64,000 nucleotides of DNA from Schmidtea nova (taxonomy: Eukaryota), in the NCBI GenBank assembly GCA_044892505.1, contig CM097883.1:360778001-360842000 (forward strand), read 5' to 3'. The notes under the pieces were generated by a model, which was given only the letters and a program-made list of their open reading frames with translations, ran no database searches and was not told the DNA's origin. Positions 12,064-23,600 of the stretch are shown one piece after another. The position numbers and the translations under genes are program-made. How positions within the stretch are numbered: the first letter of the stretch is position 1; every line of letters starts with the position of its first letter.

Positions 12064-13767
12064 ACAGAATTGTATATGTGAAGGGAATTTTGCATAGTCT
12101 TTTATTTTATATTTTCAACCAATCAAAAGAAAGTTTATTCAAAGAATACGGCAAGTAGTTTCGATTGGCTATTTTATTTCTTTTTATTATTTTAATAAAT
12201 GACATAAAAATTTTTTGTAATTTTTTGAATTTAATTTCACTAGAAATTTCATTTTTAATATTAACTTTTAAATGCATGATGCAGGATATATGATACTAAT
12301 CTCAATTACCCTAGTGGACATTTGTGAGCCATTTGGTAATACAACAGTGTGCAAATAACGATAAAAATTATATATAAACCTGATTTTGGTCATTTACACA
12401 TATATAGTGTATAGTTTGAAATAAGTATCATATATACAAGTGGTTCTTAAAGTTAGCACGAGAAGGACCTGTGTTAAGGTTTGGTTGAAGAACGTTGCCC
12501 CCTAACTCAAAGGACGATCGCTAACAATAACGACCTATATTAATTATGGACTGGTTTCAACTTCCCCAGCACTTTATCCATATTTTAAATATTGTGGATA
12601 ATATTTTCGGTGAACGGTCTCTTCTTTATGAGCTTGGAAGTTTTGTTTAAACAGAAAATCTGTTCTAAAATATCATTATTTTCGTCGCTCTGAGTGTCTA
12701 AGGGGTCACACACTTCTTTAGTTATCTTATTCAAAAAAACTGTCCAGGCATGATTATTTACGTTTGTACATTTTTAAATGATTAAATGATTAAAACATAA
12801 TTGTCGCGTTATAATATTAAATTATTATGCTAGGAATTTAAATATCTCCATCCGACCTGATCAATGTTTAGTGATCAGTGCTCAAAATAAATAAAACTGG
12901 CGCCAGTCATAGAAGTAGTAAATTCAGAATGAAGTTTATGGCTGCCTTCAGTTTCATGTTTGTGTGCGCCATTTGGCATGTTAAAATAAGTAACATTCAA
13001 ATAATTTAACCATTTTAAATAAAAAATTTGAAAACTTAAATTAATTTTTGACTCGTCCACGGACCACCACTTTAAGAATGCTTTTAAAGGCTAATTCAAA
13101 ATATTTAGACAGTGTCAGTAGTAGTTGTATGTGAACCCGCTGGGCAAAACCACCCAGGGGAATACCCGAGAAACGTGAAATTTTGGTATACCCCCTATAA
13201 TCTTTTAGAGACCCCTTTAACCTTTACGGTTCAAGACCCTCTAATATTCCATAAAATAAATTTGACACCCATAAATCTTTTCATTTCTCAATTTGCCCCT
13301 CTTTTCATTGATGGATTTACAAGATTTATAGCTTGTTCGATTTGGAAATATATATTCTACAAGTTGGCATCAAAATATTACAAAAATATTGAAGAACAAA
13401 AATATTACTTAAAATAATTGCAACCATTAATCGATAAATTTAGCTTGTATACTTAACAAATAAAACAATGCAAAAATAAAAACATTTACTCTTGAATTGT
13501 CAAGGTTTACTTTAATTGATTTCCAAAATTTAGAGCTTGTTCAATTTGGAATTTAAAAAAACCACCTTTTTGACGTAAAAAGTATGGTAACCACAGTGTC
13601 GGATAAATGAATGAGCCAAAGTGGTAACGGCTAAGTTCACCAAGGCATAGGGTACCAAGACTTAGAGAGCTATGCAATTGGAAGGAAAATACACACGCCA
13701 ACACAAGAAGTTAATTTAATATACGCTTTAACACCATATAACTCAAAGTAAGGACATATCGTGTGAG

Positions 13768-15400
13768 TAGACTTTCCAAATACTCGAAGATTTTTACTAC
13801 TCGATTATCAAGTACTTTAAAATGAGATACTCGATATTACTCGATTAATCGAGTATTTGAAAAAAACAACAATAAAAATATACTCACAACAACATAATAT
13901 TCAAAATCATTTTAATTTATTATTATTATTAAACATGTACTTTAAGAATAAAAGTGAGTTGAATATTTCAAAGTTCAATCCAGTTCGAAATTTTGTTTCA
14001 ACCATTCCAGCGGTTGAAAACACACGTTGCAGTTGATGTCAGTCTAATAGCTAAAAGGGCATGGTATTATATATCCGATAAAGGTGTTCTTTGGTTATAT
14101 AAATCAAATTTGCGAAAGTCGTTTTTTAATTGTTTTTGTAAATTATTTTCAGCAACATTTTGTGATGGGGATGATGTATTAGTTATTGAATCTATAGCTT
14201 TTAAGCTCTTCGTGAATGTTTTGGTGGTTCGTTTAGGTCTAATGAATCTTGAGGAAATATTATTTACATAATCTTGACTTCTAACAATATTCTTTGATGA
14301 ATATTTAACATGTTTGGTTGACTTAGGAGTATTTCCACTATATAGGCATATAAGTAAGGTCATCAAAACTTCAACACGGCGTTCGTTCATTCTTTTCTTG
14401 ACTGTTACTAGTAAATTTGTACTAATGCTATTTTTGTTTTCCTCTATTTTATTAAAGATCAATTTGTACACGCCTTCAGCTGTTCTTAGAGTTGCATCAT
14501 TTTTACTTAATGCGTAACCGTCATTTCTATAGGCGTTAAGACTTCCAAAAAACTTTTTATCAAAGTGATCTTGTTATTGGTAACAATAGGCAATTGGATT
14601 TCTGCAAGTGGACTTTTTACGCTATGGACCAAGCATCAACATTTTACACTTGAAACTCCAACGAGGTTTTACGTCGAGAATCAGTTTCATCTTCTTTTTC
14701 CCAGACTCAATAATTTTTTGCTGCAAAATATAGTTTTTTAAAGCAGATCGCTTAAATATTAGGATAATTTTCATTATTTTTTGCATTAGACTACTTAAAT
14801 CATCAGATAGAGATAAATCATCATCACTTTCTTCATGTTGAAATTCAAAATCCGCAAACATGTTTCTATCTAGACAAACTTCCTCATTAGTTGGATGATC
14901 TTCATCTTCAATGTCATCATCAACATCATAAAAATGTTCATCATTTGCTTCACCGTCCTCGTTTACATTAATATTTCAATCCACGTTTTTCATATAAAAA
15001 CTGTCAATTATAGCCAAATGTAATGCGTGGTTGTGGCACAGCTGGCTAACAGTATTTATCATTTCACCATACTTACGCATTACCGATACAGCACCATGTG
15101 TAGAAGCAATTACGTTGATATTTATATCAATACTAAATTCATTTATTTTTGCTCCACCAATAATTTAATTTTATGAGCGTCTCCTTTACCTTTAATTTCA
15201 CATAAACCAAGAACATATAAATTAAATATTTTAATACTTTTCAAATCAACGACGTGAACAGTAATATTTATATAACGAATGACGTTACAATCAGTCCATT
15301 CGTCGACTGTTATAGAGAACTTTTTATTTTCATTTTTATAAGTTGAAAATAATTCACGCAATTATTTACATTTTACTTCAAAAAACAAATATTATTATTA
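13768..15400 (-). pseudogene. Degraded hAT transposon and transposase
   Basis: SITVDEW (15143-15361), C.NHALHLAI, LILDVKPRW and the C-terminal RVFSTAG...R..L dimerisation motif near 13940-14030. TACTCGA subterminal repeats at 13785-13860. Confidence 0.85.
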
Positions 15401-15411
15401 TAATAATAATA

Positions 15412-15457
<46 letters not shown>

Positions 15458-17106
15458 TGATCATATCTATGATTGTTAATTCTAAAGTTAAATCAAAATC
15501 TAGATTTAAAATAAATTAATACTTGCGTTTTTTGTATATTATCAGTTCTTGTAGAGAACAATGTTCTTGTAGAGAATAATTTTTCTATCTAAAACAAGGT
15601 TTTTTTGTAAAAATAATTTCTCATGTAGAAAATTCTTGCTATTCTAACGGAACCAAGTAGTCAACGCAATGATTTAACATGTATAAATAGCATTTTTCTT
15701 GTGAAAGTTTAGCGGGTGGGATCGTAAATACTATTTTTTGTATTTTATGTGTTAATATGGATGATTTTAAGACATATTTTAGTAAAAACACACATATTTA
15801 GTATATTTTATGATGATTTTAGTAAATAATATGGTCATTGCTTATTTTAATACCAGTTAGCCAAAACTTACTTGTCATTATGACAATGTCATAGTAAATT
15901 AATGCGGTTTATATGAATAACGAATTACTGACACATATAAATTATAGTAAAATCTTCAGTTTACAATTTCTTTGTTGCCTATACACATGATTTACAATCA
16001 AGTTGCAATAGAAATGCAATCAAGTTGCAATTCATGAGTAATACACACATAGATCTTGGATAAATTTGTATAAATACTTGAAAATTTATGATTATTTATA
16101 AAATGAAACAAGAAATATTTATTATAAATTTGATTGATGGTCTTTTGTCTAAAGAAAAAGATGATGAAATCATATCAAATTTACAAATCCTAGTGTCCGA
16201 TGCCGAGAAAATATATCATTCCAATCCCATCAACTATTCATGGATTTTGAATAAAAAATAGATTACAAGCAAGAAACATGCATTCAAAAGCATGTTTTAC
16301 TCGTAATTTGAGTCTGAAATGAAGTGGTCACATGTCATTTTGGCGTTCATGTATATAAAACAGATAATGGATAATTCGGGTTAAAATTATGAAAATTATT
16401 TTCAATGATCAGTTCAGGTATATTATTTTTATTTAATTATATTATTACAATGGCAAATACTAATAGAATTGGCTGAAAATATTAGAACTATTAGAAAAAC
16501 CAAAGAAAAATTGAAAAATTTATTGAAGATAACAATTGGATTCTGTAGCATTTATACTATTGTAAATTTAATTTATTGAAAATAAATGTATTTTTGTTTG
16601 ATATTATTATTTTTACAGATTATTTAACGATTTTATTTTAAAACTAGTTAAATACATGGTACTTTAGTTAGGTCACGAGTGTAAAATTTATTGATTTTAC
16701 ATTCTTGTCTATGTAAAATTAAATAGTATTTATGTGAATAAAATCGATTTTTAACACAATAATACTGTAAATATTAGATGATTGATCAAATTAATGACAA
16801 GAATTATAAAAATCAATAAAAGTTTGCTATATTGATGGGTTTATTTTAAAACAAAGTAGATAAATTCGGGTTAAAAAGTAATGATGTGTAAAATGACCTG
16901 TGTATGTGTGATTGATTCATGTTATGTATGTTACGCATATGTTACGCAAGTGTTATGCATTTGTATTGCAAGTGTTATGTACGTATATTGAATATGTCCT
17001 ATATTGTGATTATATTGAGCTTAAATTGAACAAAATATTTTTTCAAAAGTAAATACTATAAAATATTAAAAAATCAAACAAAAACAAATTAAACATTTAT
17101 TATTTA

Positions 17107-17370
17107 TCAAATGTTTTCATCAATGGTTGCACAGTTTTCATCCATGTTTGAACATTTATCATCAATATTTGAACATTTATCTACAATGGTTGAAAAATGA
17201 TATTTTCTAAACTCATTTTTTAGAATCCATACATGATAGTTCTTCAACCGATCAACGCAACTTTCACATTGATATACACAAGGTTCATGATATATTACTA
17301 CCAATAGTTCCTGATCAATGGTCTTTAAATGATCCAATAAAACAGCATTGAGATCTATTCCGGTTGACAT
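17107..17370 (-). CDS. Hypothetical 87-aa protein at the centre of the foldback
   Basis: ATG start and stop, C..C pair, C-terminal 7-aa repeats (DKCSNID/DKCSNMD/ENCATID). No recognised family. Confidence 0.3.
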   Translation of the reverse strand: MSTGIDLNAVLLDHLKTIDQELLVVIYHEPCVYQCESCVDRLKNYHVWILKNEFRKYHFSTIVDKCSNIDDKCSNMDENCATIDENI

Positions 17371-17604
17371 CCATATTCGAAATGGTATAATTTCCGGTTC
17401 CTAGTATATCAAATCTTTTAAAAGACATTGATAAAGCACATCTGCCTTGTTAATTAAAATTTGCATAAGTTTTTCTAAAATAAATGTTAAAAAATGAATT
17501 ACAAATAATCAAAATTTCCCATTTGTTGTTAAGTTTGACACTTTAAAATATAAATGAAAAATAACTGGTATACTAATTATTTACACGCACACTTATTTGT
17601 TAAT

Positions 17605-17920
17605 AAAATATTGAATGAAGCTTTTGCAGATAAAAATCATCACAAAATATGTTCTGTTACCAATGTTCTGCTACTAGGGTTCTGTTAGATTGGTACTTAT
17701 ACTTGAGATTATTGATAAATGAATAAAAATATTCAGTATGAGCTTTTGCATATAAAAACCACACAAAAGATGTTCTGCTACTAATGTTCTGTTAGGAAGG
17801 TTTTGTTACTTGAGATTATTGATACATGAATGAAAATATTCAGTATGAGCTTTTACATATAAAAACCATCACAAAAGATGTTCTGCTACTAAGGTTCTGA
17901 TATTAATGTTCTGCTAATAG
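17605..17920. repeat. Degenerate direct repeats of about 110-120 bp (3 copies) with GTTCTG(C/T)TA sub-repeats
   Basis: AATATT...GAGCTTTT.CA.ATAAAAA.CA.CACAAAA.ATGTTCTG at about 17608, 17728 and 17836. Confidence 0.75.
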
Positions 17921-19169
17921 GGTTCAACTACTGTGTTACTCATCACATTTCAAGTCTGAGTTGTTGATATAAATCACTGTGATGCATATTACGCATGTGT
18001 GAAACACTTTTACTGTATATGTCATGTTATGCATGTACTACATGAGTCATGCACTTGTATTGCAAATGTTATGCACTTGTATTGTTTGTGTCATTGCTTG
18101 TGTCATACACTTGTGGAATTCAGGAACATGCATATTTTCTAACATTTCCCTTAAATAATAATCGATTTTACAAATTTTAATTAGTATTTTCAGAGTAAAT
18201 TTAATACAAACTAGTAAAGAATATTGAGAATTTCTGTATTTATTAACCAATCATTTATTAATCAATGATTTTGGGTACTTCATGATGATATAAAATGGGT
18301 TAAGTTATTGTAAAATGATTGAAAAATGATAAAACAACGACCATTATTACCCTGTACATTCAATTATAGAAATCTTTACAAGTGTAAAAACCATTAATTT
18401 TCAACTAATTACTCATTGGCTTTTTATAATATGTCAAAATACTTGTATTTTAATCAAACTTTGAGTTAGTTTCTATAGTCAATTTCTTAATTGTGCAAAA
18501 ACAACGATTTTTTTATTCATAATCCATGACTAGTTGATGGGATTGGAGTGATATGTTTTCTCGGCATCGGACACTAGGATTTGTAAACTTGATATGATTT
18601 CATCATCTTTTTCTTTAGATAAAAGACCATCAATCAAATTTATAATAAATATTTCTTGTTTCATTTTATAAATAATCATAAATTTTCAAGTATTTATACA
18701 AATTTATCCAAAAAATAGTAATAAAAAATAGTAATAAAAATAATATTAAAANNNNNNNNNNNNNNNNNNNNNNNNNNNNNNNNNNNNNNNNNNNNNNNNN
18801 NNNNNNNNNNNNNNNNNNNNNNNNNNNNNNNNNNNNNNNNNNNNNNNNNNNNNNNNNNNNNNNNNNNNNNNNNNNNNNNNNNNNNNNNNNNNNNNNNNNN
18901 NNNNNNNNNNNNNNNNNNNNNNNNNNNNNNNNNNNNNNNNNNNNNNNNNNNNNNNNNNNNNNNNNNNNNNNNNNNNNNNNNNNNNNNNNNTGTGTAATAC
19001 ATATTAGTAATACATTTACAGAACACTTGCGTGTCATGTGCAGAACACATGCATGAAAAATTTAGAAGAAAAAAAATCCTATCCAAAATATTTTTTTCGA
19101 TATCTCGAACTTTCATAAAATTTAATTTAAAAAAAATTTCTTTGTTAAACGAACATAGAAACATTTTTA

Positions 19170-19412
19170 AAATGTCTTTGTTTGGTTTATCTTTTTTAAA
19201 GACCGTTTCCGGCTACAGCTTTGACGATAACAAAAAATTATTTCTAAGATAAAAGTCTTAAAATATTTTCATCTTTCCAGAACACTAATATCATTTTTCA
19301 AATGAGCTTTGGTTCAAGCTATAGGGGGGTTACTTTTGTTTGATTTATCTTTTTTGAAGACCGTTTCCGGCTACAGCATTGACCATTTGAAAAGTCTATA
19401 ATGAGATAAAAG
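19170..19412. repeat. Tandem subterminal-type repeat array split by the Gypsy insertion (continues at 36247-36560)
   Basis: The unit GGTTTATCTTTTTGAAGACCGTTTCCGGCTACAGCATTGA...GATAAAAGTCTTAG occurs on both sides of the element; the empty site reads GATAAAAGTCTTAG. Confidence 0.8.
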
Positions 19413-20399
19413 TGTTGAGGATACCTAAATTCAAAATAATATAATAAATAAACAAAATTACTTGGGGGAAAATTGTCATGGGGAATGACACGATTGATTG
19501 GAGCCTGGGAAAGAAAACGGAAGTAAAAAGGAATGAGAAATGAGAAGGGGAAACAAAAGAAAAGAAATCAGACAAGCAAAACGAAATAGAGGTCAGCACT
19601 AATTAACTAGTGCAAATAGGAAGAAATTCTAAAGTTGGGAAAAACAAAAACAACAACAAGAATTTTATCTTGACAACCGGTCAGAGATAATGTGGGCAAA
19701 AAGCAAACAAGCCGAAGCGGCAAAAAGGAGAAAAACAGAGGTTATCTTGACAGCTGTCAAAGATAACTCCGTTGCTGAAAAAATGAATGGAAAATCATGT
19801 TGGAAAAATGTAACAACAGCTGATAATTTTAAGTGCTACAAAGTGAAGAAGTATAAAAGGAGGAAGCATCTCAGAAAGAAACACAACATTGTATACAGAA
19901 GTGGTTAGAGAAAATATTTGAGAGAAAGCGTTTGAGAAAATAAAGCTAGTAAAATTCATTAAAAAGGAAGCAGAAAAACGTCCAGAGAAAGTTAAAGAAG
20001 AGTCAAAAGGAGAATCCAATAATTGAAACCAGAAACTAAGGGATAAGCAGCAGGAGCTTATTCAAGCGTTGAGAAAATAAAGCTAGTAAAATTCAGAGAG
20101 TAAATCCAAGTCAAATAAAGAAAACAACCAGTCAAATTACCAATTGTTATACTCCCCAGCAGTGAGTGATTTCGAACATCGATTATACACTAGTGCTATT
20201 CTTCACTATAGTGTCGTAATAAGCACTGTATAATCAGCTGTAGTTTGAATTTGGTCAGTTCATTGTAAATCGAAGTTATTTGTGATAATCAATAAAATTT
20301 CCTGTTGTCAGTTGTTATTGTGGGTCAATAAAGAGCACGTTTTGGAGTCAGGGTAATAATTTGTTAATTATAAAGTCACCAACGAAAGATAACCCAACA
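19413..20399 (+). repeat. 5' LTR (987 bp)
   Basis: TGTTGAGGATACC...GATAACCCAACA; matches 35261-36246. Confidence 0.97.
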
Positions 20400-20404
20400 T
20401 TATT

Positions 20405-20422
20405 TGGTGAGCCCGACGTGAT
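20405..20422 (+). promoter_or_regulatory. Primer binding site complementary to the tRNA-Trp 3' end
   Basis: TGGTGAGCCCGACGTGAT begins 5 nt after the LTR and is a 17/18 match to the classic tRNA-Trp PBS TGGTGACCCCGACGTGAT. Confidence 0.88.
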
Positions 20423-20636
20423 CAAACGTTGGTGAGGAGCGATTGAAAAAGTAATTGGGATATATCCGGCGAAATAAAGTGGTGAAGAATTATTGAAATA
20501 AAATTTATTGAAGAGATAGTGAAAATAATTGTGAGGAAAAGAAAATACTAAACAAAATTGTGAAAAGGTAAATTATTAATTGTTGTAATAAATTTGAATT
20601 TAGATTTTGCGAAACTTGAGAAAATAATTTATTAAA

Positions 20637-23600
20637 GTGAGTCGATATAATTTACGAAGCAAAAGTAAAAAGGAACCCATAATGAGTAGTGAAGATTTGC
20701 CAGTATCAGTTATTAAAGAAAATAATGATTTTGCAAGTTGTCAAAGATTACCTGTGGAACAATATGGAGGAGATCCGGTTATTTTTGTAGATTTTATGAG
20801 TGATTACTACATGTATGCAACGGCGTACGGATGGTCTCAAGCGATTATGATTCAGAGATTACCTTTATATCTTAAAGGAGCAGCTAGAGAGGTTTGGCAA
20901 CAGATTGATAAAAAATTAATTGGTAATGATTGGGCAAAGTTGAAAGATGCGTTAGCTGCAAAACTTATCGGAGGAGATATCAAAAGATTAATGCGTCAAA
21001 AGTTTTATAGTAGAGTTCAAAATCCAAATGAAACAGTGAGCGAATTTGCGTATCATTTGTCAACCCTCGCAAGTAAATCATTTGAAGAAGACTCAAAACA
21101 ACCAGGCCTAGCCCAACAAATGCAAGAATTAATCCAAGACCAATTTTTGTCAGGAATAAACAAAGAAATAAAAACCGCATTATGCTGTGTAGATTATGAT
21201 AATTTTGATGAACTAGTAAAAAAGGCAATGAAAATCGAATTGAATTTGAAGAGCACCAAAAACAAATCTGATGTGTTCGCGATTATTCCAGCTCAAAGGG
21301 AAAGATCAATTACACCAACCCAAAACAATTGGGAGCCAGAAAATAGATTCCAGCGATCAAAAAGTCCATCACCCAAATGGAGAACCGAGTTAAATATAAA
21401 TAGACCAAGCCGTAATTTCCAAGGCGCTGAGAGATCCAGAGTGATCCAGTGTGAAAATTGCAAGAAGATTGGCCATTATGCAAACCAGTGTTGGTTCAAA
21501 AATAATTCCGATAGTACACCCAGAAGAATAACCCAAGATTATCGTACAAACGATAGGGGAACCAATTTTCGGAGAACAGTTCCTGATATAAAATCCAATG
21601 TTAATGAAGTGCAATGTTATCGCTGCGGTAGAAAAGGACATGTTTCCAGAAATTGTTTTTCAAGATCAAGATCACCCTCAACTTCACCTTCACCACAGAG
21701 AGACAATGTAAATTTGAACGGACAAATTCAATGCCATTTATGTAGAAATTATGGACATATTGCAAGATCCTGTCCAAGAAATACGAATAAATTTCAAAGG
21801 CCAATATTAAAGCGAACAATAAGATTTCAAGATGAAAATCCATCGAATGACAATATAGCCTATGTTCAGCAAGATGGTTTTAGAGAAAAGATCGAAAGCG
21901 ATGTTAAACAGTTGAACCAAAAACTGAATAAATTGATAGCCAAATTTGAATCGGATGAAGAAACAGATACCCACATGATGACGAGGAAAGAGTTGAGCGA
22001 AAGCGAGTCAGAATCAGATAAAGTACAAATCAATAAAGCTAAAGCCGACATACAAAGTGAAAGGAGTACTGTATTTATTGCCAAAATCAGAAAGTTAGTT
22101 GCGGAACCAGACGTAAATTCCCAGAAAATAACAGAATTATTTACGAGGCTAACTAAAATACCTTTAAGTCTGACAAAAATTAAAACTGTTATTAAACTTT
22201 GTGCAGAATGTTATGCAGCAAGTGTGGAAAAACGAGATGTATTCAAAGATTTTATGAGAATATTTGGGCAATATCTACGGAAAAATAAATGGTTAGATCC
22301 TATATTTATCCAAATGAATGCTCCAGATGGTACAAAATCCAACTATAAAATCGATGCATACGAGAAAGTACGCGAGCTAAAAAGAGAAGTAATGCACAAG
22401 TGTGAAAGTTGGGCGGTGGAACTCAAATTTATGGATCAAGTATTAGAGGATGGCGAATTCTTGGTAGATTATGGATTAATTCCTGGCGGTGAAAATGAAA
22501 TGCAAATGACGAATATGATCGCCAAGGAAAAAACAGTAACAAATGACTCTGACGAAATCAGATTTGAACTAATGGAAGCATTGCTTAAAGGAAACACAGG
22601 TGACATTATTGATAAATTAAATAATATTTTGAATTTAGAACTCAAAGTAGAAGACAAGTTAAAAATTCTAGACTGTGTTAGACCCTATATGAATGCGGAA
22701 AACGAATATGGTAAAACAATAAAAACTCTTATTCAAAAATTTGGTCAAGAATTCAGGGAAGAAGGGATTTATAATGAGCCATTCGTAGTACTGTTAAAAA
22801 TAAATGGTCAAGGAGTAGAATATACGGATGAACATTGGTATACGAAAGTGAATAAAATTCGTCGAAGAACAGCAGAAATCATGGGCAATGATGGAATAAT
22901 TGTGCTGACGTATAAAGGTTTTGAGCTAGACGATGATGAATATTTATTTGATTGTGGATGTATGCCACGAAAGCGTAACGAAGATAGATTTCTTACGGAT
23001 CAAAATTTTATTAATGATATAATTGCAGTGAAACAAGTGGATACAGATGAAGTAGAAAAAGGTTATAAAATTGAATTACCAGAGTTCGGCAGTGAAACAA
23101 TGGATAATGAGGATGAAATATCAAAGGAACAAGAAATGACAGAACATGGAGAGGAACAGGAAACTGAGCAGAGAATTGATGAAAGTATAATAAAAACGGA
23201 AGTTAAAAATGAAGCGTATATGACAGAAATGGAGATTGATAATATTACGGAGGAAAGACAACGCAAAGATTTATACGAGGTGAGATGTGAAATAATACAG
23301 AGACTCCAAGGTGAGAGAGGTCAGAAGGAATTAAAAGAGACTGAAAAGGTTGTACGTGCGCTGGCAAATGAATTATATGGCGAAGCAGCAGAGAAAACAC
23401 AAGTAGAATTATATGTGAGAAAAATTGCAAAAAAGTTGAAAAAGAGACTTTATGTGGTCTTGAGATATGTAAAAGACAACAAGGAATTCTGTGATGATGG
23501 AGTGATAACCAATATGATGACAGGAGAAATGGATAGAGATTTAGTATTGACAATTACGAGTTATATTTTGTTAGAAATCGGGACACATGATTATGTAAAT

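Larger units (their letters stand above)
16057..18712. repeat. Foldback structure: inverted arms of about 200 bp (about 16057-16260 and 18510-18712) around a 2.2-kb interior
   Basis: For example caaatcctagtgtccgatgccgagaaaa (about 16185) versus ttttctcggcatcggacactaggatttg (about 18557); the arms are near-identical. Confidence 0.85.

Noticed and set aside
12438-13080. Charlie-like TIR fragments (TGGTTCTTAAAGT / ACCACTTTAAGAAT)
   Set aside because: Ends too eroded and no TSD found.
19690-20019. 72- and 74-aa ORFs inside the LTR (duplicated at 35537-35866) and a 27-bp internal duplication (19932-19958, 20069-20095)
   Set aside because: Purine-rich LTR sequence with no recognisable motif; the identity only reflects LTR duplication.
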